Below are positions 10,099 to 18,263 of a DNA stretch of 64,000 bases, one piece after another. The DNA comes from Myxococcales bacterium (GTDB lineage Bacteria; Myxococcota_A; UBA9042; UBA3505): the NCBI GenBank assembly GCA_963578775.1, contig CAUZEG010000002.1:9423-73422 (forward strand). Direction: 5' to 3'. Under the pieces are notes generated by a model. It ran no database searches and had not been told where the DNA came from. It was given only the letters and a program-made list of their open reading frames with translations. Numbering within the stretch: position 1 is the stretch's first letter; every line of letters begins with the position of its first letter. The position numbers and the translations under genes are program-made.

Positions 10099-11532
10099 TC
10101 AGTCCTGAAGTCGCTCCACTAAACGCAGGGGAAGTCCAAGAAAATTCCGGCCGCTCATAAATAGAACGACATCGCCACTACGTACCTCCGCTTCAAGCAC
10201 CTTCAGAATAGTATCCGCATCCGGAATGAAGCGAGCATGTATACCATTCTCCCGCAGATCGGCCGCCAACAGATCCGCGTCAAGACACTCCTCGACAGGA
10301 AGGCCATCATCCTTCTCCAGGGGACGAACAAAGATCACCTCGTCCGAGCCGTGAAAGGAATCCACATAGGTCTTCTGGAAAAGACGACGACGACTGGTGT
10401 TGGATTCGGCCTCAAATAAGGCCCATAGCCGGCGCTCCGGAAATTGGGTACGGATGGCTGCGATGGTTTCTCGAACGGCCGTCGGATGGTGGGCGTAATC
10501 CTGCAATACCCGGATTCCACGTGGTTCGCCCTGCAGCTCCTGCCGCCTCCGCACCCCGGGAAAGACAGGCAATGCTGCTCGAAGGGCTTCCACGTCGGCT
10601 CCTTCGGATACGGCGATACTTATGGCAGCCACTGCGTTCCATACATTATGGCGTCCGGGTTGGGGCAACTCGAAGAACCCCAGATCTCTACCTTCGTAGA
10701 TAAGCCGAAAGCGCGTCCGATCGGCCTGATTGGCGAGCCGCACATCCGTAGCGAAGGCGTCGAGGTTATTCGCATCGCCCTCAATACCGTAGAGACAGAT
10801 CCGTGCCGGTCCGTAGCTGGCGGCCGCCCGTGCCTCCTCATCGGCCCCGTGGACCCACAACTGGTCGTTCGGATTGAACAAGGCGGAATAGGTGCGAAAA
10901 GCTCGTCGCACCGCATCAAAATCACGGTAGATATCCGCGTGATCGAATTCTACCGAGGTCAGGATTCCTATACGCGGACGATAGTGGACGAATTTGGGCC
11001 GCTTATCGAAATAGGCGGTATCGTATTCATCCGCTTCCAGAACAAAGTGAGGACCTGTACCGGCGCTCAGTCCACTTTCAAAGCCGATGGGCACCCCGCC
11101 AATCATATAGCCAGGATCGAGGCCGGCCTGTTTCAGCAGCCAGACCAGTATGGATGTGGTCGTGGTCTTTCCGTGTGTTCCTGCGACCGTGATGGATCGG
11201 CGTTGGCTGAGGAACATGTCCGATAGAAGTTCCGGCAGGGATATATGTGGAAGCCCAAGCCTGCGCATCGCGACGGCTTCCGGATTGGTTCGGCGCGTAA
11301 TATTACCCACCAGAACCAGCTCGGGAGACTCTTCCGTTATGTTTTCCTCGGCAAAGCCCAGAATTACATTCACGCCCGCATTTGCAAGGCGATCAGACAT
11401 GGGTGGATAGCAATCACGATCCGATCCACGCACCTCGTGGCCCTGCTCTTTCAAGAGACAGGCAATACCACCCATGACGGAGCCGGCAACGCCTATGATA
11501 TGTATGGACCGGCTCTGTTGAAAATCGATCAT
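10099..11532 (-). CDS. mpl: UDP-N-acetylmuramate:L-alanyl-gamma-D-glutamyl-meso-diaminopimelate ligase (murein peptide ligase, Mur ligase family).
   Basis: HIIGVAGSVMGGIACLLKEQGHEVRGSD... and VAGTHGKTTTTS (Mur ligase P-loop). Overall colinear with E. coli Mpl. Confidence 0.8.
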   Translation of the reverse strand: MIDFQQSRSIHIIGVAGSVMGGIACLLKEQGHEVRGSDRDCYPPMSDRLANAGVNVILGFAEENITEESPELVLVGNITRRTNPEAVAMRRLGLPHISLPELLSDMFLSQRRSITVAGTHGKTTTTSILVWLLKQAGLDPGYMIGGVPIGFESGLSAGTGPHFVLEADEYDTAYFDKRPKFVHYRPRIGILTSVEFDHADIYRDFDAVRRAFRTYSALFNPNDQLWVHGADEEARAAASYGPARICLYGIEGDANNLDAFATDVRLANQADRTRFRLIYEGRDLGFFELPQPGRHNVWNAVAAISIAVSEGADVEALRAALPVFPGVRRRQELQGEPRGIRVLQDYAHHPTAVRETIAAIRTQFPERRLWALFEAESNTSRRRLFQKTYVDSFHGSDEVIFVRPLEKDDGLPVEECLDADLLAADLRENGIHARFIPDADTILKVLEAEVRSGDVVLFMSGRNFLGLPLRLVERLQD

Positions 11533-11583
11533 CGGCCCAGCATAGCCTACCTGTACACGAGGGCAAACACCGGCTCCGGGACG

Positions 11584-13218
11584 TCAGAAATCCCAGAAGA
11601 CATCGACACCATTCAATAGGATGGGCCCCACATCGGAATCCGCGCTCACCAGACCATCGCCTGGAAAAAATAGTACCGTCTTCGTTGCGATTGAGAACGT
11701 GTCGTGCAGACGATAATCAAGGCCCAGTCTGGCCTCCACACCATAGAATCCGCCCCCGCCCGGTGTATTTTTGCTGGTCATCGCCCAGGACCCCATCGCC
11801 GACAGATCAATGCCCAGGGCGTGGCGGCCCCGGAGAATATCAAAGCCCAGGGTCGGGCCTACGTACACGGTGTTCGTGGCGGCCCCGAACAGGTAACGAT
11901 AGAGCACCTCGTCAACGAAAAAGCTTGGATGGGCGATGAACTGTTCAAAGGTCTTATTCTGCGAATACTCGGTCTGCGTATTGTAGATTTCGGTCGATGG
12001 CGCCACTGTATTGCTCCCATCGAGCACCCCCACATACGTGCCTTCCGGTTCGCCCGTGGCAAAGCCCGTATCCAGTCGTGCGCGTATACGGCCTGTCGAA
12101 TAGGTGGCCCGGAGTGCACCGGCAAAGGCCTGCACATCGCGGGAAAGACCTTCGTCTGAAAAGGCCTGGGTCTGGGCAATGTCCCCAAGAATGGCTTGTA
12201 ATTCGAGACCGACCGCCAGGTGGTGGCCATCTGCGGGCCAGCCCTCAGCATGAAGGTAGAGTCCGGGATACCAGAGGTCCGCATTCCGTGGGATATAGGC
12301 AATGCAATCAAAACTCGTCTGGGGTCCGGTACCCGCTGCATCTTCGACACAGGCCCCGGGATCGAGAGCCTGATCGGATTGCCGGCCAGCACTCCGCATG
12401 CGGAGACGGACCGTCCAATCGAAGAGCCACCCATTGGCTAGTCGCGCGGCACGTCTTCGGTTTCGCTCCTCGAAGGGCGTACGCAACGCACCAGATAGTT
12501 CCACCAGAAACTCGCTCACATCATCCGTCTGATCGAGGTCATAAGGTTGTCCTGCAACAAACTGTCCCCGCTCGCTGGTGAACCCCTCTCCTGGCCGACG
12601 CCACGCGATACGAGTCCCCATATCGAATAGATCCGTACGAAGGTCGATGCCATCGACCAGGGTCTGCACATCGCAGTCGGAACATTCTCCATCGTTCTCC
12701 GACAAGCCCAGACCGAAGTGTTCCGGCATTCGGCCCATCCGCACCCAGAGGCGCGAGAAGGGTTCCCATGTCCCATATAGGTAGGGAACTCGAACACTGT
12801 CGCTGGGATGATCTCCGTCAATGCGTACAAGGGAATCGGGAGATTCCTGGCCATGAAAACCTATCCCTGTTCCCGCCTGGATGTTCCCAAATGCATCAAG
12901 CGCCATAGATACAGAAAAGGTGTCGGAGATATGAAATTCGGGGCGGTAGCGAAGTCTCATATCGCTTATCCAGCCCATACGCTCGACCCCAGCACCCGCC
13001 GATCCAAACCCGAGACTGTTACCACCCAGGCCATTGTCTACGAAGGTGTTTCGCGTGCGTATGGTACCGCTATGAACCACATACACCAGACCTCTCGGAA
13101 TATGTACATCCGTGGACTCGGCCGCCCCCGTATCAGCCCAGACAGGAGATTCCAGCACAGGAAACACCATTACCAGGAGGGACAGCACGACCAGGAATCG
13201 TAGGAACAAACTCTTCAC
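11584..13218 (-). CDS. Outer-membrane beta-barrel protein (hypothetical).
   Basis: Signal peptide MKSLFLRFLVVLSLLVMVFPVLESPVWA. C-terminal ...VDVFWDF, the aromatic terminal residue typical of OMPs. Confidence 0.5.
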   Translation of the reverse strand: MKSLFLRFLVVLSLLVMVFPVLESPVWADTGAAESTDVHIPRGLVYVVHSGTIRTRNTFVDNGLGGNSLGFGSAGAGVERMGWISDMRLRYRPEFHISDTFSVSMALDAFGNIQAGTGIGFHGQESPDSLVRIDGDHPSDSVRVPYLYGTWEPFSRLWVRMGRMPEHFGLGLSENDGECSDCDVQTLVDGIDLRTDLFDMGTRIAWRRPGEGFTSERGQFVAGQPYDLDQTDDVSEFLVELSGALRTPFEERNRRRAARLANGWLFDWTVRLRMRSAGRQSDQALDPGACVEDAAGTGPQTSFDCIAYIPRNADLWYPGLYLHAEGWPADGHHLAVGLELQAILGDIAQTQAFSDEGLSRDVQAFAGALRATYSTGRIRARLDTGFATGEPEGTYVGVLDGSNTVAPSTEIYNTQTEYSQNKTFEQFIAHPSFFVDEVLYRYLFGAATNTVYVGPTLGFDILRGRHALGIDLSAMGSWAMTSKNTPGGGGFYGVEARLGLDYRLHDTFSIATKTVLFFPGDGLVSADSDVGPILLNGVDVFWDF

Positions 13219-13416
13219 GAACCATCTCTATGCCAGGAGGAATCAGCCCTATAACAGGATTGTTTCGTGCGTGCATCTTCCCTATGAAATCCAAGGGGAA
13301 GTTCCAGCTACTCTTGACGGCATGGCTCGCCGGGTAGTATTTCGCGAGCGTCAGTGAAACAATATAATTATATTAAGAGATGAGTTCGGATTCCCTGTGC
13401 CAAGGCAACGCTCGAG
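13219..13416. promoter_or_regulatory. Divergent intergenic region between the OMP gene (-) and the ccmE-like gene (+). Likely holds promoters for both.
   Basis: 198-bp gap with an AT-rich stretch (aatataattatattaagag) just upstream of the plus-strand gene. Confidence 0.3.
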
Positions 13417-14178
13417 ATGGACAACAAAGAAAAACAATCTGAGACTTCTATGGCTTCCCGTACACGGCGCGACGGGACCACGAAACGAAAGCTTCCGGTC
13501 TTTCCGATCATTATCGCGGCCCTTATTGGGGTGATCGCGGCTCTTATCGTGGGCTTCAGCCTTCGTGGAAGTACCAAGAACATTGAAGTGGCTGACTTGA
13601 CTCGGGATGCGGACAGTTATCTTGGTGAACGCGTAAAGATCCAGGGAACGATCGCTGGCCACTGGACCGAAAAGAACTCTCGGGACATCTTCATTCAGCT
13701 ATCGGGAGAAACCGGCGAAGAGGTCGTATTCCATTACACAAAACCACTGCCGGATCCCTACCAGAAGAATCGTATCGCGATAGCGGAGGGAGTGTTCATC
13801 GACGGGATACGAATTGACCCCAAAAAGGTACAAGACGTCGAAAAGACGGGGCTGTTACTGGCCCAGGTCACCGGTATGCCAGAGGGAGACGCCATTGACC
13901 TGGTCTCCAACCCTACAGCCATCACGGCCTATGGAACATCGGTAACGCTTTCTAACGAGCGGAAGTTGTCCATCCCCAAGGATGCCTATGAGAAGGTCAA
14001 GACATTCACAGGGGGATCGGACACGTCTCAAACGCTGGCCGGTATCAGCTATACCCGCTTCATCGAAGGGCGGCGGCTTACCGTCAAATGCCCCTCCAAA
14101 TATGTTCGGGAAGGTGTGAGCCCGGAACAATACGAAGAGTACAAGGACAAATACCCCGAACACGTGCCCCAGAGTTAG
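13417..14178 (+). CDS. CcmE-like membrane-anchored OB-fold protein, a variant cytochrome c maturation heme chaperone homolog with a C-terminal extension.
   Basis: N-terminal TM helix LPVFPIIIAALIGVIAALIVGF. The segment LRGSTKNIEVADL...GERVKIQGTIAG...IFIQLSGETGEEVVFHYTKPLPDPYQKNRIAIAEGVF is alignable to E. coli CcmE (LRSNIDLF...IRLTGTVMPG...[36 protein letters not shown]). Sits directly upstream of ccmF. The canonical HxxxY is absent. Confidence 0.5.
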   Translation: MDNKEKQSETSMASRTRRDGTTKRKLPVFPIIIAALIGVIAALIVGFSLRGSTKNIEVADLTRDADSYLGERVKIQGTIAGHWTEKNSRDIFIQLSGETGEEVVFHYTKPLPDPYQKNRIAIAEGVFIDGIRIDPKKVQDVEKTGLLLAQVTGMPEGDAIDLVSNPTAITAYGTSVTLSNERKLSIPKDAYEKVKTFTGGSDTSQTLAGISYTRFIEGRRLTVKCPSKYVREGVSPEQYEEYKDKYPEHVPQS

Positions 14179-14189
14179 GACGCTAACCT

Positions 14190-17100
14190 ATGCATGTGTT
14201 TGGACAGGTATTGCTTGGTCTCGGATTTCTGGCTTCTCTGGCCTATGCTGGAACCGCCTTTCTAGGTGCCCGCTTTCGCCGTCAGAACCTCCTCGACGCG
14301 TCACGATACGGTTTGTACGCCCTGGCCGGAATGTTCTGGGGTATATCTCTGCTGCTATCCTACGCCTTTCTCACCCATGACTTTTCCAACACCTACGTTG
14401 CCGCGTACAGCGATCGGGGGATGAGTAATCTGTATCTTCTCTCCGCCTTCTGGGGAGGGGAAAAGGGTGCGCTGTTGCTATGGGTTACCTCCCTGACCAC
14501 ATTTTCGGCGATTTCGATCCACAGCAACCGACATAAGGACCCACGCTGGATTGGTACCACCACAGGGATCCTGCTCCTATGCATCGCCTTCTTTGAGATG
14601 CTGATGGTGTTTGAGTCGAACCCCTTTTCCACCTGGCTTACTTTCGGGGGGCCAGCCGATGGCCAGGGGATGAATCCGGTCCTGCAGAATGTGACGATGA
14701 TGATCCACCCGCCAAGTCTGCTGACGGGATTTATCTGTTTCACGATCCCATTTGCCTACGGATTGGGAGCACTGATCGTTGGTAAGCTCGATACAGAGTG
14801 GATTCGTGTAACCCGTGTCTGGACCATCATCTCGTGGCTATTCCTATCGGTGGGCCTCATCCTGGGTGGCTTATGGGCCTACCAGGAACAGGGTTGGGGC
14901 GGTTACTGGATGTGGGACCCGGTCGAGAACGCCGGATTGATACCATGGTTCACCGCGACCGCATTCTTGCATAGCGTGATGATCCAGGAACGCCGCGGCA
15001 TGTTGAAGCGTTGGAACGCGATCCTGCTTTGCCTCACATTTCTGCTGACGATCTTTGGGACGTTCCTTACCCGAAGTCAGTTGATTGCATCCATCCATGC
15101 CTTCGCGGATAGCAAACTCCCCTACTATTTCCTGTCGTATATGTTGGTCATCGCGACCGTCAGTTTTCTGGCCATCCGAAAACGATGGGACGCGTTGAAG
15201 AGTGAACATCGGATCGAGTCTTTCTGGTCCCGTGAGTCCTTCTTCATCTTAAACAATGTCATGCTGGTTTCCTGTTCGTTCATCGTGATCTACGGAACCC
15301 TGTTCCCGAAGATCAGCGCCTCGCCAGGATTTCGTCGCGTCGTCAACAACACATTCATCGACGGATACAACGTAACTATAGGGCGAATCCTCCCCAATAT
15401 GAGTCAACTGACACAATCCTCCGATCTGGGTCAGGACTTCTTCAACACCGTCATTCCACCCGTAGCGCTATGTCTTCTGTTCCTGTCGGCCGCTGGCCCG
15501 ATCATCGCCTGGCGCCGAGCCACGGTTACAAATTTCCGGAAGAACTTTGTCGCCCCTCTCTTATGGGCAATTATTCCAACGCTGGTAACGATTGGCTTTT
15601 TCGTAAACCGCACCTTTGAACAACTTACCTTCAAAGGCCTGTCCGAATCGGAAGCCTGGACAGCCCTATGGGCGGGGACCGGTCAGCTTGAAGTCTATGT
15701 GTATCTGACCTTTTACCTCTGTTATTTCGTCATCGCTTGCATCATAATGGAGTACATGAGGGCCATCGCCGTTCGTCGCCAGAGCACGGGAGGCTCCAGA
15801 CTCAAACACGCCCTTATACTCACCCTGAAGGCACGCCGGAGATTCGGCGGCTACATTGTGCATCTGGGGATGGTTCTATGTTTCTTCGCCTTTGCCGGAA
15901 CGGCGATGAAAACATCGTTCAAGAATAAGATGTTGCACCCTGGAGGTACCGTCACTCTGCATGACTATCGTGCAACGCTGGCCCGAATGGACTTCGAGTA
16001 TGAATCCGAAGGGAGGTTCCTGGCCACGAAAGCTACCGTAGTGGTCACACAGCGAAACGAACCCTTCAATCGTCGCATCATCCATAGTTTCTCCCGTGCT
16101 CTGGAAGCTAAAGGAATCGATCGGGCCGTCATTCGGGCGAAGGATGGGTTCGCCAAACTCCAGATCTATCTTCCCGATCCAGACCAGAGGCATCGGCTTC
16201 TGGCGGCCGGCCTTATCAGGACGGAATTCGAATCCAATTTTGATGAACTCGAAAAAGACATCCGACCCGATGCCGATCCGCCGGTCTTTGCCCACCGCTA
16301 TCGGTATAAACATGAGAAGGCCCTGGAGCTGGCACGACTACCGGATGGTCGGCCCGCGTATATGTTCTATGTGCGCGAGTTAAAAGCCCGGCTGGCACAG
16401 CTCGAATCCCTCGGCATCAAAGGCCGTGTGGATATGTCGAACCCGGATGTGTTGAACGTCGACTTCGAAACCCTGGAGCATATGCAGCGCTACGAGGCCG
16501 ATGTGATGCCTCTTGCAGAGCACCTTCCAGATTCCTACAGCATTCGTGAAGGGCTTGCCTCATTCCGGCTCCTGATCGCCGACAATGCGGCCAATATCAT
16601 GGAAGGATCTTCGCCGAAGAAGTCCGACACCAAGCTCGGCGATTTGGGCGAAAGCCCTACTCTCCCCACTCTGTTTGCAGCCGCCGAAAAGACACTCGAT
16701 GCGTTGAACCCGAATATTGACTGGGCCACAGGATTCGAGGCAAAAAACGCCCTTGGTATCGACCGGGCCAAACGGCTGAAGAAAACCAGTCAGCTTCTCA
16801 ACCGACTGGAATACCAGGCTCTCATCCTACCCGTCGATCGTTTCGAATCGCAATCCAAGGCCGAGAACCAGGCCTGGACCGAACTGAGCCGTGCGCTCCG
16901 CAACCGTAGTCTCCCATGGATACGTGTCATACTCGTGGGGCCCGGTGCCGAATCCGCGCAGACTCTGCTGGGAAATATGGGGATACGGACCTATATTGCT
17001 CGAACCGCCCAGGAGTTCGAAGCGGAATTACGGGCCGCGACCGTCAACATCATCCCGGTGGAGATCATACCTACAGGCATCGGAAGCGTGATGATCCCCG

Positions 17101-18263
17101 AGGTACGAGTCTACGAGAAGATTGGCTCGTCCCAGAGTGCGGAGACCATGACAACCGAGATCGCAGTGGAGTCCCATCTGCTCTGGGACGTCTATATATC
17201 GATGCGTCCGTCGCCGGATTATCGCGGCCTGAGCATGGACGGCTTCTTGAACCCGCTGGTTTCATTTCTGTGGCTGGGAGCGATCATTATGGTTTTGGGG
17301 GCTTCCATAGCCGTTCTACCCAACTCGGCGGTCATGTTTCTCTGGCGCCGACGAGACGAAGAAAGCACGGCTGGACCAACCCACTCGTCCAGTTCGGGAA
17401 GGAGCCGTATAAGCGTATTACCCTGGTTGGCGATTCTAGCGGTCGGCCTGTTCATGTTCACGCAGCTGGCCTTCGCCAGTCCGGCGGCACAGGATTCAGC
17501 TACACCCACACAACAACTGTCAGCATCCGATCCGGTCGATGTTCCTCCATCGCGGCTGGAGGTGATGTCTGAGTACCTGTTCTGCCCGGATCAACAGGTC
17601 GGGTCCTGGATGGTTCACCCGGACCGGACCTTAAATCGTTGTCCCACGGCGGAAGGGCGTAATGTGCGCCATATCTTGCAGACGATCCTTGACGAAAACC
17701 AGGCCTGGGATGTGCACACGACAAAGGGCCGATTTCTGGTATTGGAAAATCTGATAAAAATCGACCGATCGACCCCCGGCGGCGGTCAGATCGACACCTT
17801 ATTACGAGTTCCCCAGGCAAAGTTCAACAGCATCTGGAACCGTACCAAATGTCTCTGTGGCTGCGCACATATCCTCATGCATTGTGGTGCCGAATGTGGA
17901 CCAGCAGGCCATCGCTGGCGACCACGGTTTCGCCAGATGTTGACGGCCGGCTACACCACCCAGGACGTTCGTAGGGATTATGCAGAATACTATGGGGCGG
18001 ATGCCGATGGCTTTGTGAGCCAGGGTGAGATCGACAAGCACAAAAAGGGGACCGGGCCGCCCATCGCTCGGATCCTGTTATTCCTGGTTGTCGGAGTCGC
18101 TGCTGTGGTGCTGGTGCTCAGCAATCGATTCGCATCCACTTCGAGAAAAAAGAAGTCGAATGCAGCTCTGGCTCCCTTGCCCGGCGATGAGCCAAAAAGC
18201 GAAGGTGAAGAGCTTGGACTCATCGACGACCTTCTCAATGATATTGATGACCCCTTAAGCTGA
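14190..18263 (+). CDS. ccmF: Cytochrome c-type biogenesis protein CcmF (heme lyase, WWD domain). It has a greatly expanded periplasmic region and a fused C-terminal CcmH-like domain plus a TM anchor.
   Basis: WGGYWMWDPVENAGLIPWF (WWD motif). Multi-TM N-terminal half typical of CcmF/NrfE. The C-terminal part, ...RFRQMLTAGYTTQDVRRDYAEYYGADADGFV, then the TM segment ARILLFLVVGVAAVVLVL, resembles CcmH (EGKSxxEIVDYMVARYGDFV + TM). Total 1357 aa versus about 650 for typical CcmF. Confidence 0.75.
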   Translation: MHVFGQVLLGLGFLASLAYAGTAFLGARFRRQNLLDASRYGLYALAGMFWGISLLLSYAFLTHDFSNTYVAAYSDRGMSNLYLLSAFWGGEKGALLLWVTSLTTFSAISIHSNRHKDPRWIGTTTGILLLCIAFFEMLMVFESNPFSTWLTFGGPADGQGMNPVLQNVTMMIHPPSLLTGFICFTIPFAYGLGALIVGKLDTEWIRVTRVWTIISWLFLSVGLILGGLWAYQEQGWGGYWMWDPVENAGLIPWFTATAFLHSVMIQERRGMLKRWNAILLCLTFLLTIFGTFLTRSQLIASIHAFADSKLPYYFLSYMLVIATVSFLAIRKRWDALKSEHRIESFWSRESFFILNNVMLVSCSFIVIYGTLFPKISASPGFRRVVNNTFIDGYNVTIGRILPNMSQLTQSSDLGQDFFNTVIPPVALCLLFLSAAGPIIAWRRATVTNFRKNFVAPLLWAIIPTLVTIGFFVNRTFEQLTFKGLSESEAWTALWAGTGQLEVYVYLTFYLCYFVIACIIMEYMRAIAVRRQSTGGSRLKHALILTLKARRRFGGYIVHLGMVLCFFAFAGTAMKTSFKNKMLHPGGTVTLHDYRATLARMDFEYESEGRFLATKATVVVTQRNEPFNRRIIHSFSRALEAKGIDRAVIRAKDGFAKLQIYLPDPDQRHRLLAAGLIRTEFESNFDELEKDIRPDADPPVFAHRYRYKHEKALELARLPDGRPAYMFYVRELKARLAQLESLGIKGRVDMSNPDVLNVDFETLEHMQRYEADVMPLAEHLPDSYSIREGLASFRLLIADNAANIMEGSSPKKSDTKLGDLGESPTLPTLFAAAEKTLDALNPNIDWATGFEAKNALGIDRAKRLKKTSQLLNRLEYQALILPVDRFESQSKAENQAWTELSRALRNRSLPWIRVILVGPGAESAQTLLGNMGIRTYIARTAQEFEAELRAATVNIIPVEIIPTGIGSVMIPEVRVYEKIGSSQSAETMTTEIAVESHLLWDVYISMRPSPDYRGLSMDGFLNPLVSFLWLGAIIMVLGASIAVLPNSAVMFLWRRRDEESTAGPTHSSSSGRSRISVLPWLAILAVGLFMFTQLAFASPAAQDSATPTQQLSASDPVDVPPSRLEVMSEYLFCPDQQVGSWMVHPDRTLNRCPTAEGRNVRHILQTILDENQAWDVHTTKGRFLVLENLIKIDRSTPGGGQIDTLLRVPQAKFNSIWNRTKCLCGCAHILMHCGAECGPAGHRWRPRFRQMLTAGYTTQDVRRDYAEYYGADADGFVSQGEIDKHKKGTGPPIARILLFLVVGVAAVVLVLSNRFASTSRKKKSNAALAPLPGDEPKSEGEELGLIDDLLNDIDDPLS

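Noticed and set aside
10444-11226. 260-aa plus-strand ORF opposite mpl.
   Set aside because: It is antisense to a clearly conserved Mur-ligase gene and shows no motifs.
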